The position numbers and the translations under genes were made by a program. From the human T2T-CHM13v2.0 reference genome, Homo sapiens, in the NCBI RefSeq assembly GCF_009914755.1, contig NC_060942.1: a stretch of 64,000 nucleotides of DNA; one strand, 5' to 3'. The notes under the pieces are model-generated. The model did no database searches and had not been told where the DNA came from. It saw only the letters and a list, made by a program, of their open reading frames with translations. Numbering within the stretch: position 1 is the first letter of the stretch; the number at the start of each line of letters is the position of its first letter. Below, in pieces: positions 12,213-25,000 of the stretch.

Positions 12213-14585
12213 CATTCTCAGAAACTAGTTTCTGATGTGTGTCCTCAACTAACACAGTTGAACATTTCTTTAGACAGAACAGTTTTGAAACTCTCTTTTT
12301 GTGGAATCTGCAAGTGGCTATTTGGCTAGATTTGAGGATTTCGTTGGAAACGGGATTACATATAAAAAGCAGACAGCAGCATTCTCAGAAAGTTCTTTGT
12401 GATGATTGCATTCAAGTCACAGAATTGAACATTCCCTTTCACAGAGCAGGTTTGAAACACTCTTTTTGTAGTGTGTGTAAGTGGACATTTGGAGCACTTT
12501 CCGGCCTAAGGTGAAAAAGGAAATATCTTCCCATAAAAACTAGACAGAAGCATTCTCAGAAACTTACTCGTGATGTGTGTCCTCAACTAAAGGAGTAGAA
12601 CCTTTCTTTTCATAGAGAAGTTTTGAAACGCTCTTTTTGTGGAATCTGCAAGTGGATATTTGGCTAGTTTGGAGGATTTCGTTGGAAGCGGGAATTCATA
12701 CAAATTGCAGACTGCAGCGTTCTGAGAAACATCTTTGTGATGTTTGTATTCAGGACACAGAGTTGAACATTCCCTATCATAGAGCAGGTTGGAATCACTC
12801 CTTTTGTAGTATCTGGAAGTGGACATTTGGAGCGCTTTCAGGCCTATGTTGGAAAAGGAAATATCTTCCCATAACAACTAGACAGAAGCATTCTCAGAAA
12901 CTTATTTGAGATGTGTGTACTCAACTAAGAGAATTGAACCACCGTTTTGAAGGAGCAGTTTTGAAACACTCTTTTTCTGGAATCTGCAAGTGGATATTTG
13001 GCTAGTTTGGAGGATTTCGTTGGAAGCGGGAATTCATACAAATTGCAGACTGCAGCTTTCTGAGAAACATCTTTGTGATGTTTGTATTCAGGACACAGAA
13101 TTGAACATTCCCTATCATAGAGCAGGTTTGAATCACTCCTTTTGTAGTATCTGGAAGTGGACATTTGGAGCGCTTTCAAGCCTATGTTGGAAAAGGAAAT
13201 ATCTTCCCATAACAACTAGACAGAAGCATTCTCAGAAACTTATTTGAGATGTGTGTACTCAACTAAGAGAATTGAACCACCGTTTTGAAGGAGCAGTTTT
13301 GAAACACTCTTTTTCTGGAATCTGCAAGTGGATATTTGGCTAGCTTTGGGGATTTCGCTGGAAGCGGGAATACATATAAAAAGCCCACAGCAGCGTTCTG
13401 AGAAACTGCTTTCTGATGTTTGCATTCAAGTCAAAAGTTGAACACTCCCTTTCATAGTGCAGTCCTGAAACACTCCTTTTGTAGTATCTGGAACTGGACT
13501 TTTGGAGCGCTTTCAGGGCTAAGGTGAAAAAGGAAATATCTTCCCATAAAAACTGGACAGAAGCATTCTCAGAAACTTGTTGATGCTGTATCTACTCAAC
13601 TAACAAAGTTGAACCTTTCTTTTGATAGAGCAGTTTTGAAATGCTCTTTTTGTGGAATCTGCAAGTGGATATTTGGCTAGTTTTGAGGATTTCGTTGGAA
13701 GCGGGAATTCATTCAAATTGCAGACTGCAGCTTTCTGAGAAACATCTTTGTGATGTTTGTATTCAGGACAGAGAGTTGAACATTCCCTATCATAGAGCAG
13801 GTTGGAATCACTCCTTTTGTAGTATCTGGAAGTGGACATTTGGAGCGCTTTCAGGCCTATGTTGAAAAAGGAAATATCTTCCCATAACAACTAGACACAA
13901 GCATTCTCAGAAACTTGTTTGTGATGTGTGCCCTCTAGTGACAGAGTTGAACCTTTCTTCTCATAGAGCAGTTTTGAAACACTCTTTTTGTAGAATCTGC
14001 AAGAGGATATTTCCATAGCTTTGAGGATTTCGTGGGAAACGGGATTGTCTTCAGGTAAAATCTAGACAGAAGCATTCTCAGAAACTTCTTTGGGATGTTT
14101 GCATTCAAGTCACAGAGTAGAACATTCCCTTTGGTAGAGCAGGTTTGAAACACTCTTTTTGTAGTATCTGGAAGTGGACATTTGGAGCGCTTTCAGGCCT
14201 ATGTTGGAAAGGGAAATATCTTCCCGTAACAACTAGGCAGAAGCATTCTCAGAAACTTATTTGAGATGTGTGTACTCAACTAAGAGAATTGAACCACCGT
14301 TTTGAAGGAGCAGTTTTGAAACACTCTTTTTCTGGAATCTGCAAGAGGATATTTGCCTAGCCTTGAGGATTTCGTTGGAAACGGGATTGTCTTCAGATCA
14401 AATCTAGACAGAAGCATTCTCAGAAACTTCTTTGGGATGTTTGCATTCAAGTCACAGAGTAGAACATTCCCTTTGGTAGAGCAGGTTTGAAACACTCTTT
14501 TTTTAGTATATGGAAGTGGACATTTGGAGCGCTTTCAGGCCTACGTTGGAAAAGGAAATATCTTCCCATAACAACTAGACAGAAG
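12213..14585 (+). repeat. 14-mer HOR variant (A-B-[C/B hybrid]-C-D-E-F, 2,373 bp)
   Basis: An extra 338-bp dimer at about 12889-13226 starts as C and switches to B between 12978 and 13005. Confidence 0.9.
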
Positions 14586-16620
14586 CATTCTCAGAAACTA
14601 GTTTCTGATGTGTGTCCTCAACTAACACAGTTGAACATTTCTTTAGACAGAACAGTTTTGAAACTCTCTTTTTGTGGAATCTGCAAGTGGCTATTTGGCT
14701 AGATTTGAGGATTTCGTTGGAAACGGGATTACATATAAAAAGCAGACAGCAGCATTCTCAGAAAGTTCTTTGTGATGATTGCATTCAAGTCACAGAATTG
14801 AACATTCCCTTTCACAGAGCAGGTTTGAAACACTCTTTTTATAGTGTGTGTAAGTGGACATTTGGAGCACTTTCCGGCCTAAGGTGAAAAAGGAAATATC
14901 TTCCCATAAAAACTAGACAGAAGCATTCTCAGAAACTTACTCGTGATGTGTGTCCTCAACTAAAGGAGTAGAACCTTTCTTTTCATAGAGAAGTTTTGAA
15001 ACGCTCTTTTTGTGGAATCTGCAAGTGGATATTTGGCTAGTTTTGAGGATTTCGTTGGAAGCGGGAATTCATACAAATTGCAGACTGCAGCGTTCTGAGA
15101 AACATCTTTGTGATGTTTGTATTCAGGACACAGAGTTGAACATTCCCTATCATAGAGCAGGTTTGAATCACTCCTTTTGTAGTATCTGGAAGTGGACATT
15201 TGGAGCGCTTTCAGGCCTATGTTGGAAAAGGAAATATCTTCCCATAACAACTAGACAGAAGCATTCTCAGAAACTTATTTGAGATGTGTGTACTCAACTA
15301 AGAGAATTGAACCACCGTTTTGAAGGAGCAGTTTTGAAACACTCTTTTTCTGGAATCTGCAAGTGGATATTTGGCTAGCTTTGGGGATTTCGCTGGAAGC
15401 GGGAATACATATAAAAAGCACACAGCAGCGTTCTGAGAAACTGCTTTCTGATGTTTGCATTCAAGTCAAAAGTTGAACACTCCCTTTCATAGAGCAGTCC
15501 TGAAACACTCCTTTTGTAGTATCTGGAACTGGACTTTTGGAGCGCTTTCAGGGCTAAGGTGAAAAAGGAAATATCTTCCCATAAAAACTGGACAGAAGCA
15601 TTCTCAGAAACTTGTTTATGCTGTATCTACTCAACTAACAAAGTTGAACCTTTCTTTTGATAGAGCAGTTTTGAAATGCTCTTTTTGTGGAATCTGCAAG
15701 TGGATATTTGGCTAGTTTTTAGGATTTCGTTGGAAGCGGGAATTCATACAAATTGCAGACTGCAGCGTTCTGAGAAACATCTTTGTGATGTTTGTATTCA
15801 GGACAGAGAGTTGAACATTCCCTATCATAGAGCAGGTTGGAATCACTCCTTTTGTAGTATCTGGAAGTGGACATTTGGAGCGCTTTCAGGCCTATGTTGA
15901 AAAAGGAAATATCTTCCCATAACAACTAGACACAAGCATTCTCAGAAACTTGTTTGTGATGTGTGCCCTCTACTGACAGAGTTGAACCTTTCTTTTCATA
16001 GAGCAGTTTTGAAACACTCTTTTTGTAGAATCTGCAAGAGGATATTTGCATAGCTTTGAGGATTACGTGGGAAACGGGATAGTCTTCAGGTAAAATCTAG
16101 ACAGAAGCATTCTCAGAAACTTCTTTGGGATGTTTGCATTCAAGTCACAGAGTAGAACATTCCCTTTGGTAGAGTAGGTTTGAAACACTCTTTTTGTAGT
16201 ATCTGGAAGTGGACATTTGGAGCGCTTTCAGGCCTATGTTGGAAAGGGAAATATCTTCCCGTAACAACTAGGCAGAAGCATTCTCAGAAACTTATTTGAG
16301 ATGTGTGTATTCAACTAAGAGAATTGAACCACCGTTTTGAAGGAGCAGTTTTGAAACACTCTTTTTCTGGAATCTGAAAGAGGATATTTGCCTAGCCTTG
16401 AGGATTTCGTTGGAAACGGGATTGTCTTCAGATCAAATCTATACAGAAGCATTCTCAGAAACTTCTTTGGGATGTTTGCATTCAAGTCACAGAGTAGAAC
16501 ATTCCCTTTGGTAGAGCAGGTTTGAAACACTCTTTTTTTAGTATATGGAAGTGGACATTTGGAGCGCATTCAGGCCTACGTTGGAAAAGGAAATATCTTC
16601 CCATAACAACTAGACAGAAG

Positions 16621-17641
16621 CATTCTCAGAAACTAGTTTCTGATGTGTGTCCTCAACTAACACAGTTGCACATTTCTTTAGACAGAACAGTTTTGAAACA
16701 CTCTTTTTGTGGAATCTGCAAGTGGCTATTTGGCTAGATTTGAGGATTTCGTTGGAAACGGGATTACATATAAAAAGCAGTCAGCAGCATTCTCAAAAAG
16801 TTCTTTGTGATGATTGCATTCAAGTCACAGAATTGAACATTCCCTTTCACAGAGCAGGTTTGAAATACTCTTTTTTAGTGTGTGTAATTGGACATTTGGA
16901 GCACTTTCCGGCCTAAGGTGAAAAAGGAAATATCTTCCCATAAAAACTAGACAGAAGCATTCTCAGAAACTTACTCGTGATGTGTGTCCTCCACTAAATG
17001 AGTAGAACCTTTCTTTTCATAGAGAAGTTTTGAAACGCTCTTTTTGTAGAATCTGCAAGAGGATATTTGCATAGCTTTGAGGATTTCGTGGGAAACGGGA
17101 TTGTCTTCAGGTAAAATCTAGACAGAAGCATTCTGAGAAACTTCTTTGGGATGTTTGCATTCAAGTCACAGAGTAGAACATTCCCTTTGGTAGAGCAGGT
17201 TTGAAACACTCTTTTTGTATTATCTGGAAGTGGACATTTGGAGCGCTTTCAGGCCTATGTTGGAAAGGGAAATATCTTCCCGTAACAACTAGGCAGAAGC
17301 ATTCTCAGAAACTTATTTGAGATGTGTGTACTCAACTAAGAGAATTGAATCACCGTTTTGAAGGAGCAGTTTTGAAACACTCTTTTTCTGGAATCTGCAA
17401 GAGGATATTTGCCTAGCCTTGAGGATTTCGTTGGAAACGGGATTGTCTTTAGATCAAATCTAGACAGAAGCATTCTCAGAAACTTCTTTGGGATGTTTGC
17501 ATTCAAGTCACAGAGTAGAACATTCCCTTTGGTAGAGCAGGTTTGAAACACTCTTTTTTTAGTATATGGAAGTGGACATTTGGAGCGCTTTCAGGCCTAC
17601 GTTGGAAAAGGATATATCTTCCCATAACAACTAGACAGAAG
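16621..17641 (+). repeat. 6-mer HOR variant (A-[B/E hybrid]-F, 1,021 bp)
   Basis: B-type AAACGCTC runs into E-type GTAGAATCTGCAAGAGGATATTTGCATAG; junction within 17038-17047. Confidence 0.92.
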
Positions 17642-19676
17642 CATTCTCAGAAACTAGTTTCTGATGTGTTTCCTCAACTAACACAGTTGAACATTTCTTT
17701 AGACAGAACAGTTTTGAAACTCTCTTTTTGTGGAATCTGCAAGTGGCTATTTGGCTAGATTTGAGGATTTCCTTGGAAACGGGATTACATATAAAAAGCA
17801 GACAGCAGCATTCTCAGAAAGTTCTTTGTGATGATTGCATTCAAGTCACAGAATTGAACATTCCCTTTCACAGAGCAGGTTTGAAACACTCTTTTTATAG
17901 TGTGTGTAAGTGGACATTTGGAGCACTTTCCGGCCTAAGGTGAAAAAGGTAATATCTTCCCATAAAAACTAGACAGAAGCATTCTCAGAAACTTACTCGT
18001 GATGTGTGTCCTCAACTAAAGGAGTAGAACCTTTCTTTTCATAGAGAAGTTTTGAAACGCTCTTTTTGTGGAATCTGCAAGTGGATATTTGGCTAGTTTT
18101 GAGGATTTCGTTGGAAGCGGGAATTCATACAAATTGCAGACTGCAGCGTTCTGAGAAACATCTTTGTGATGTTTGTATTCAGGACACAGAGTTGAACATT
18201 CCCTATCATAGAGCAGGTTTGAATCACTCCTTTTGTAGTATCTGGAAGTGGACATTTGGAGCGCTTTCAGGCCTATGTTGGAAAAGGAAATATCTTCCCA
18301 TAACAACTAGACAGAAGCATTCTCAGAAACTTATTTGAGATGTGTGTACTCAACTAAGAGAATTGAACCACCGTTTTGAAGGAGCAGTTTTGAAACACTC
18401 TTTTTCTGGAATCTGCAAGTGGATATTTGGCTAGCTTTGGGGATTTCGCTGGAAGCGGGAATACATATAAAAAGCACACAGCAGCGTTCTGAGAAACTGC
18501 TTTCTGATGTTTGCATTCAAGTCAAAAGTTGAACACTCCCTTTCATAGAGCAGTCCTGAAACACTCCTTTTTTAGTATCTGGAACTGGACTTTTGGAGCG
18601 CTTTCAGGGCTAAGGTGAAAAAGGAAATATCTTCCCATAAAAACTGGACAGAAGCATTCTCAGAAACTTGTTTATGCTGTATCTACTCAACTAACAAAGT
18701 AGAACCTTTCTTTTGATAGAGCAGTTTTGAAATGCTCTTTTTGTGGAATCTGCAAGTGGATATTTGGCTAGTTTTGAGGATTTCGTTGGAAGCGGGAATT
18801 CATACAAATTGCAGACTGCAGCGTTCTGAGAAACATCTTTGTGATGTTTGTATTCAGGACAGAGAGTTGAACATTCCCTATCATAGAGCAGGTTGGAATC
18901 ACTCCTTTTGTAGTATCTGGAAGTGGACATTTGGAGCGCTTTCAGGCCTATGTTGAAAAAGGAAATATCTTCCCATAACAACTAGACACAAGCATTCTCA
19001 GAAACTTGTTTGTGATGTGTGCCCTCTACTGACAGAGTTGAACCTTTCTTTTCATAGAGCAGTTTTGAAACACTCTTTTTGTAGAATCTGCAAGAGGATA
19101 TTTGCATAGCTTTGAGGATTTCGTGGGAAACGGGATAGTCTTCAGGTAAAATCTAGACAGAAGCATTCTCAGAAACTTCTTTGGGATGTTTGCATTCAAG
19201 TCACAGAGTAGAACATTCCCTTTGGTAGAGTAGGTTTGAAACACTCTTTTTGTAGTATCTGGAAGTGGACATTTGGAGCGCTTTCAGGCCTATGTTGGAA
19301 AGGGAAATATCTTCCCGTAACAACTAGGCAGAAGCATTCTCAGAAACTTATTTGAGATGTGTGTATTCAACTAAGAGAATTGAACCACCGTTTTGAAGGA
19401 GCAGTTTTGAAACACTCTTTTTCTGGAATCTGAAAGAGGATATTTGCCTAGCCTTGAGGATTTCGTTGGAAACGGGATTGTCTTCAGATCAAATCTAGAC
19501 AGAAGCATTCTCAGAAACTTCTTTGGGATGTTTGCATTCAAGTCACAGAGTAGAACATTCCCTTTGGTAGAGCAGGTTTGAAACACTCTTTTTTTAGTAT
19601 ATGGAAGTGGACATTTGGAGCGCATTCAGGCCTACGTTGGAAAAGGAAATATCTTCCCATAACAACTAGACAGAAG

Positions 19677-20697
19677 CATTCTCAGAAACTAGTTTCTGAT
19701 GTGTGTCCTCAACTAACACAGTTGCACATTTCTTTAGACAGAACAGTTTTGAAACACTCTTTTTGTGGAATCTGCAAGTGGCTATTTGGCTAGATTTGAG
19801 GATTTCGTTGGAAACGGGATTACATATAAAAAGCAGTCAGCAGCATTCTCAAAAAGTTCTTTGTGATGATTGCATTCAAGTCACAGAATTGAACATTCCC
19901 TTTCACAGAGCAGGTTTGAAATACTCTTTTTTAGTGTGTGTAATTGGACATTTGGAGCACTTTCCGGCCTAAGGTGAAAAAGGAAATATCTTCCCATAAA
20001 AACTAGACAGAAGCATTCTCAGAAACTTACTCGTGATGTGTGTCCTCCACTAAATGAGTAGAACCTTTCTTTTCATAGAGAAGTTTTGAAACGCTCTTTT
20101 TGTAGAATCTGCAAGAGGATATTTGCATAGCTTTGAGGATTTCGTGGGAAACGGGATTGTCTTCAGGTAAAATCTAGACAGAAGCATTCTGAGAAACTTC
20201 TTTGGGATGTTTGCATTCAAGTCACAGAGTAGAACATTCCCTTTGGTAGAGCAGGTTTGAAACACTCTTTTTGTATTATCTGGAAGTGGACATTTGGAGC
20301 GCTTTCAGGCCTATGTTGGAAAGGGAAATATCTTCCCGTAACAACTAGGCAGAAGCATTCTCAGAAACTTATTTGAGATGTGTGTACTCAACTAAGAGAA
20401 TTGAATCACCGTTTTGAAGGAGCAGTTTTGAAACACTCTTTTTCTGGAATCTGCAAGAGGATATTTGCCTAGCCTTGAGGATTTCGTTGGAAACGGGATT
20501 GTCTTTAGATCAAATCTAGACAGAAGCATTCTCAGAAACTTCTTTGGGATGTTTGCATTCAAGTCACAGAGTAGAACATTCCCTTTGGTAGAGCAGGTTT
20601 GAAACACTCTTTTTTTAGTATATGGAAGTGGACATTTGGAGCGCTTTCAGGCCTACGTTGGAAAAGGATATATCTTCCCATAACAACTAGACAGAAG
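19677..20697 (+). repeat. 6-mer HOR variant (A-[B/E hybrid]-F, 1,021 bp), second copy
   Basis: Same junction at 20094-20103 and the same private SNVs as 16621-17641. Confidence 0.92.
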
Positions 20698-22057
20698 CAT
20701 TCTCAGAAACTAGTTTCTGATGTGTTTCCTCAACTAACACAGTTGAACATTTCTTTAGACAGAACAGTTTTGAAACACTCTTTTTGTGGAATCTGCAAGT
20801 GGCTATTTGGCTAGATTTGAGGATTTCGTTGGAAACGGGATTACATATAAAAAGCAGACAGCAGCATTCTCAGAAAGTTCTTTGTGATGATTGCATTCAA
20901 GTCACAGAATTGAACATTCCCTTTCACAGAGCAGGTTTGAAACTCTCTTTTTGTAGTGTGTGTAAGTGGACATTTGGAGCACTTTCTGGCCTAAGGTGAA
21001 GAAGGGAATATCTTCCCATAAAAACTAGACAGAAGCATTCTCAGAAACTTACTCGTGATGTGTGTCCTCAACTAAAGGAGTAGAACCTTTGTTTTCATAG
21101 AGAAGTTTTGAAACGCTCTTTTTGTGGAATCTGCAAGTGGATATTTGGCTAGTTTTGAGGATTTCGTTGGAAGCGGGAATTCATACAAATTGCAGACTGC
21201 AGCGTTCTGAGAAACATCTTTGTGATGTTTGTATTCAGGACAGAGAGTTGAACATTCCCTATCATAGAGCAGGTTGGAATCACTCCTTTTGTAGTATCTG
21301 GAAGTGGACATTTGGAGCGCTTTCAGGCCTATGTTGAAAAAGGAAATATCTTCCCATAACAACTAGACACAAGCATTCTCAGAAACTTGTTTGTGATGTG
21401 TGCCCTCTACTGACAGAGTTGAACCTTTCTTTTCATAGAGCAGTTTTGAAACACTCTTTTTGTAGAATCTGCAAGAGGATATTTGCATAGCTTTGAGGAT
21501 TTCGTGGGAAACGGGATTGTCTTCAGGTAAAATCTAGACAGAAGCATTCTCAGAAACTTCTTTGGGATGTTTGCATTCAAGTCACAGAGTAGAACATTCC
21601 CTTTGGTAGAGCAGGTTTGAAACACTCTTTTTGTAGTATCTGGAAGTGGACATTTGGAGCGCTTTCAGGCCTATGTTGGAAAGGGAAATATCTTCCCGTA
21701 ACAACTAGGCAGAAGCATTCTCAGAAACTTATTTGAGATGTGTGTACTCAACTAAGAGAATTGAACCACCGTTTTGAAGGAGCAGTTTTGAAACACTCTT
21801 TTTCTGGAATCTGCAAGAGGATATTTGCCTAGCCTTGAGGATTTCGTTGGAAACCGGATTGTCTTCAGATCAAATCTAGACAGAAGCATTCTCAGAAACT
21901 TCTTTGAGATGTTTGCATTCAAGTCACAGAGTAGAACATTCCCTTTGGTAGAGCAGGTTTGAAACACTCTTTTTTTAGTATATGGAAGTGGACATTTGGA
22001 GCGCTTTCAGGCCTACGTTGGAAAAGGAAATATCTTCCCATAACAACTAGACAGAAG
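20698..22057 (+). repeat. 8-mer HOR variant (A-[B/D hybrid]-E-F, 1,360 bp)
   Basis: B start followed by D-type GACAGAGAG and ATGTTGAAAA...GACACAAG; no C dimer. Confidence 0.92.
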
Positions 22058-25000
22058 CATTCTCAGAAACTAGTTTCTGATGTGTGTCCTCAACTAACAC
22101 AGTTGAACATTTCTTTAGACAGAACAGTTTTGAAACTCTCTTTTTGTGGAATCTGCAAGTGGCTATTTGGCTTGATTTGAGGATTTCGTTGGAAACGGGA
22201 TTACATATAAAAAGCAGACAGCAGCATTCTCAGAAAGTTCTTTGTGATGATTGCATTCAAGTCACAGAATTGAACATTCCCTTTCACAGAGCAGGTTTGA
22301 AACACTCTTTTTATAGTGTGTGTAAGTGGACATTTGGAGCACTTTCCGGCCTAAGGTGAAAAAGGAAATATCTTCCCATAAAAACTAGACAGAAGCATTC
22401 TCAGAAACTTACTCGTGATGTGTGTCCTCAACTAAAGGAGTAGAACCTTTGTTTTCATAGAGAAGTTTTGAAACGCTCTTTTTGTGGAATCTGCAAGTGG
22501 ATATTTGGCTAGTTTGGAGGATTTCGTTGGAAGCGGGAATTCATACAAATTGCAGACTGCAGCGTTCTGAGAAACATCTTTGTGATGTTTGTATTCAGGA
22601 CACAGAGTTGAACATTCCCTATCATAGAGCAGGTTTGAATCACTCCTTTTGTAGTATCTGGAAGTGGACATTTGGAGCGCTTTCAGGCCTATGTTGGAAA
22701 AGGAAATATCTTCCCATAACAACTAGACAGAAGCATTCTCAGAAACTTATTTGAGATGTGTGTACTCAACTAAGAGAATTGAACCACCGTTTTGAAGGAG
22801 CAGTTTTGAAACACTCTTTTTCTGGAATCTGCAAGTGGATATTTGGCTAGATTTGGGGATTTCGCTGGAAGCGGGAATACATATAAAAAGCACACAGCAG
22901 CGTTCTGAGAAACTGCTTTCTGATGTTTGCATTCAAGTCAAAAGTTGAACACTCCCTTTCATAGAGCAGTCCTGAAACACTCCTTTTGTAGTATCTGGAA
23001 CTGGACTTTTGGAGCGCTTTCAGGGCTAAGGTGAAAAAGGAAATATCTTCCCATAAAAACTGGACAGAAGCATTCTCAGAAACTTGTTTATGCTGTATCT
23101 ACTCAACTAACAAAGTTGAACCTTTCTTTTGATAGAGCAGTTTTGAAATGCTCTTTTTGTGGAATCTGCAAGTGGATATTTGGCTAGTTTTGAGGATTTC
23201 GTTGGAAGCGGGAATTCATACAAATTGCAGACTGCAGCGTTCTGAGAAACATCTTTGTGATGTTTGTATTCAGGACACAGAGTTGAACATTCCCTATCAT
23301 AGAGCAGGTTGGAATCACTCCTTTTGTAGTATCTGGAAGTGGACATTTGGAGCGCTTTCTGGCCTATGTTGAAAAAGGAAATATCTTCCCATAACAACTA
23401 GACACAAGCATTCTCAGAAACTTGTTTGTGATGTGTGCCCTCTACTGACAGAGTTGAACCTTTCTTTTCATAGAGCAGTTTTGAAACACTCTTTTTGTAG
23501 AATCTGCAAGAGGATATTTGCATAGCTTTGAGGATTTCGTGGGAAACGGGATTGTCTTCAGGTAAAATCTAGACAGAAGCATTCTCAGAAACTTCTTTGG
23601 GATGTTTGCATTCAAGTCACAGAGTAGAACATTCCCTTTGGTAGAGCAGGTTTGAAACACTCTTTTTGTAGTATCTGGAAGTGGACATTTGGAGCGCTTT
23701 CAGGCCTATGTTGGAAAGGGAAATATCTTCCCGTAACAACTAGGCAGAAGCATTCTCAGAAACTTATTTGAGATGTGTGTACTCAACTAAGAGAATTGAA
23801 TCACCGTTTTGAAGGAGCAGTTTTGAAACACTCTTTTTCTGGAATCTGCAAGAGGATATTTGCCTAGCCTTGAGGATTTCGTTGGAAACGGGATTGTCTT
23901 CAGATCAAATCTAGACAGAAGCATTCTCAGAAACTTCTTTGGGATGTTTGCATTCAAGTCACAGAGTAGAACATTCCCTTTGGTAGAGCAGGTTTGAAAC
24001 ACTCTTTTTTTAGTATATGGAAGTGGACATTTGGAGCGCTTTCAGGCCTACGTTGGAAAAGGAAATATCTTCCCATAACAACTAGACAGAAGCATTCTCA
24101 GAAACTAGTTTCTGATGTGTGTCCTCAACTAACACAGTTGAACATTTCTTTAGACAGAACAGTTTTGAAACACTCTTTTTGTGGAATCTGCAAGTGGCTA
24201 TTTGGCTAGATTTGAGGATTTCGTTGGAAACGGGATTACATATAAAAAGCAGACAGCAGCATTCTCAGAAAGTTCTTTGTGATGATTGCATTCAAGTCAC
24301 AGAATTGAACATTCCCTTTCACAGAGCAGGTTTGAAACACTCTTTTTGTAGTGTGTGTAAGTGGACATTTGGAGCACTTTCCGGCCTAAGGTGAAAAAGG
24401 AAATATCTTCCCATAAAAACTAGACAGAAGCATTCTCAGAAACTTACTCGTGATGTGTGTCCTCAACTAAAGGAGTAGAACCTTTCTTTTCATAGAGAAG
24501 TTTTGAAACGCTCTTTTTGTGGAATCTGCAAGTGGATATTTGGCTAGTTTGGAGGATTTCGTTGGAAGCGGGAATTCATACAAATTGCAGACTGCAGCGT
24601 TCTGAGAAACATCTTTGTGATGTTTGTATTCAGGACACAGAGTTGAACATTCCCTATCATAGAGCAGGTTGGAATCACTCCTTTTGTAGTATCTGGAAGT
24701 GGACATTTGGAGCGCTTTCAGGCCTATGTTGGAAAAGGAAATATCTTCCCATAACAACTAGACAGAAGCATTCTCAGAAACTTATTTGAGATGTGTGTAC
24801 TCAACTAAGAGAATTGAACCACCGTTTTGAAGGAGCAGTTTTGAAACACTCTTTTTCTGGAATCTGCAAGTGGATATTTGGCTAGCTTTGGGGATTTCGC
24901 TGGAGGCGGGAATACATATAAAAAGCACACAGCAGCGTTCTGAGAAACTGCTTTCTGATGTTTGCATTCAAGTCAAAAGTTGAACACTCCCTTTCATAGA

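Larger units (their letters stand above)
14615..20776 (+). repeat. Tandem duplication with 3,056-bp period (12-mer + 6-mer, twice)
   Basis: More than a dozen private SNVs recur at +3,056, e.g. GGGATAGTC 16081/19137, TCTGAAAG 16377/19433, GTTGCAC 16669/19725, GTGTTTCC 17670/20726. Confidence 0.9.
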
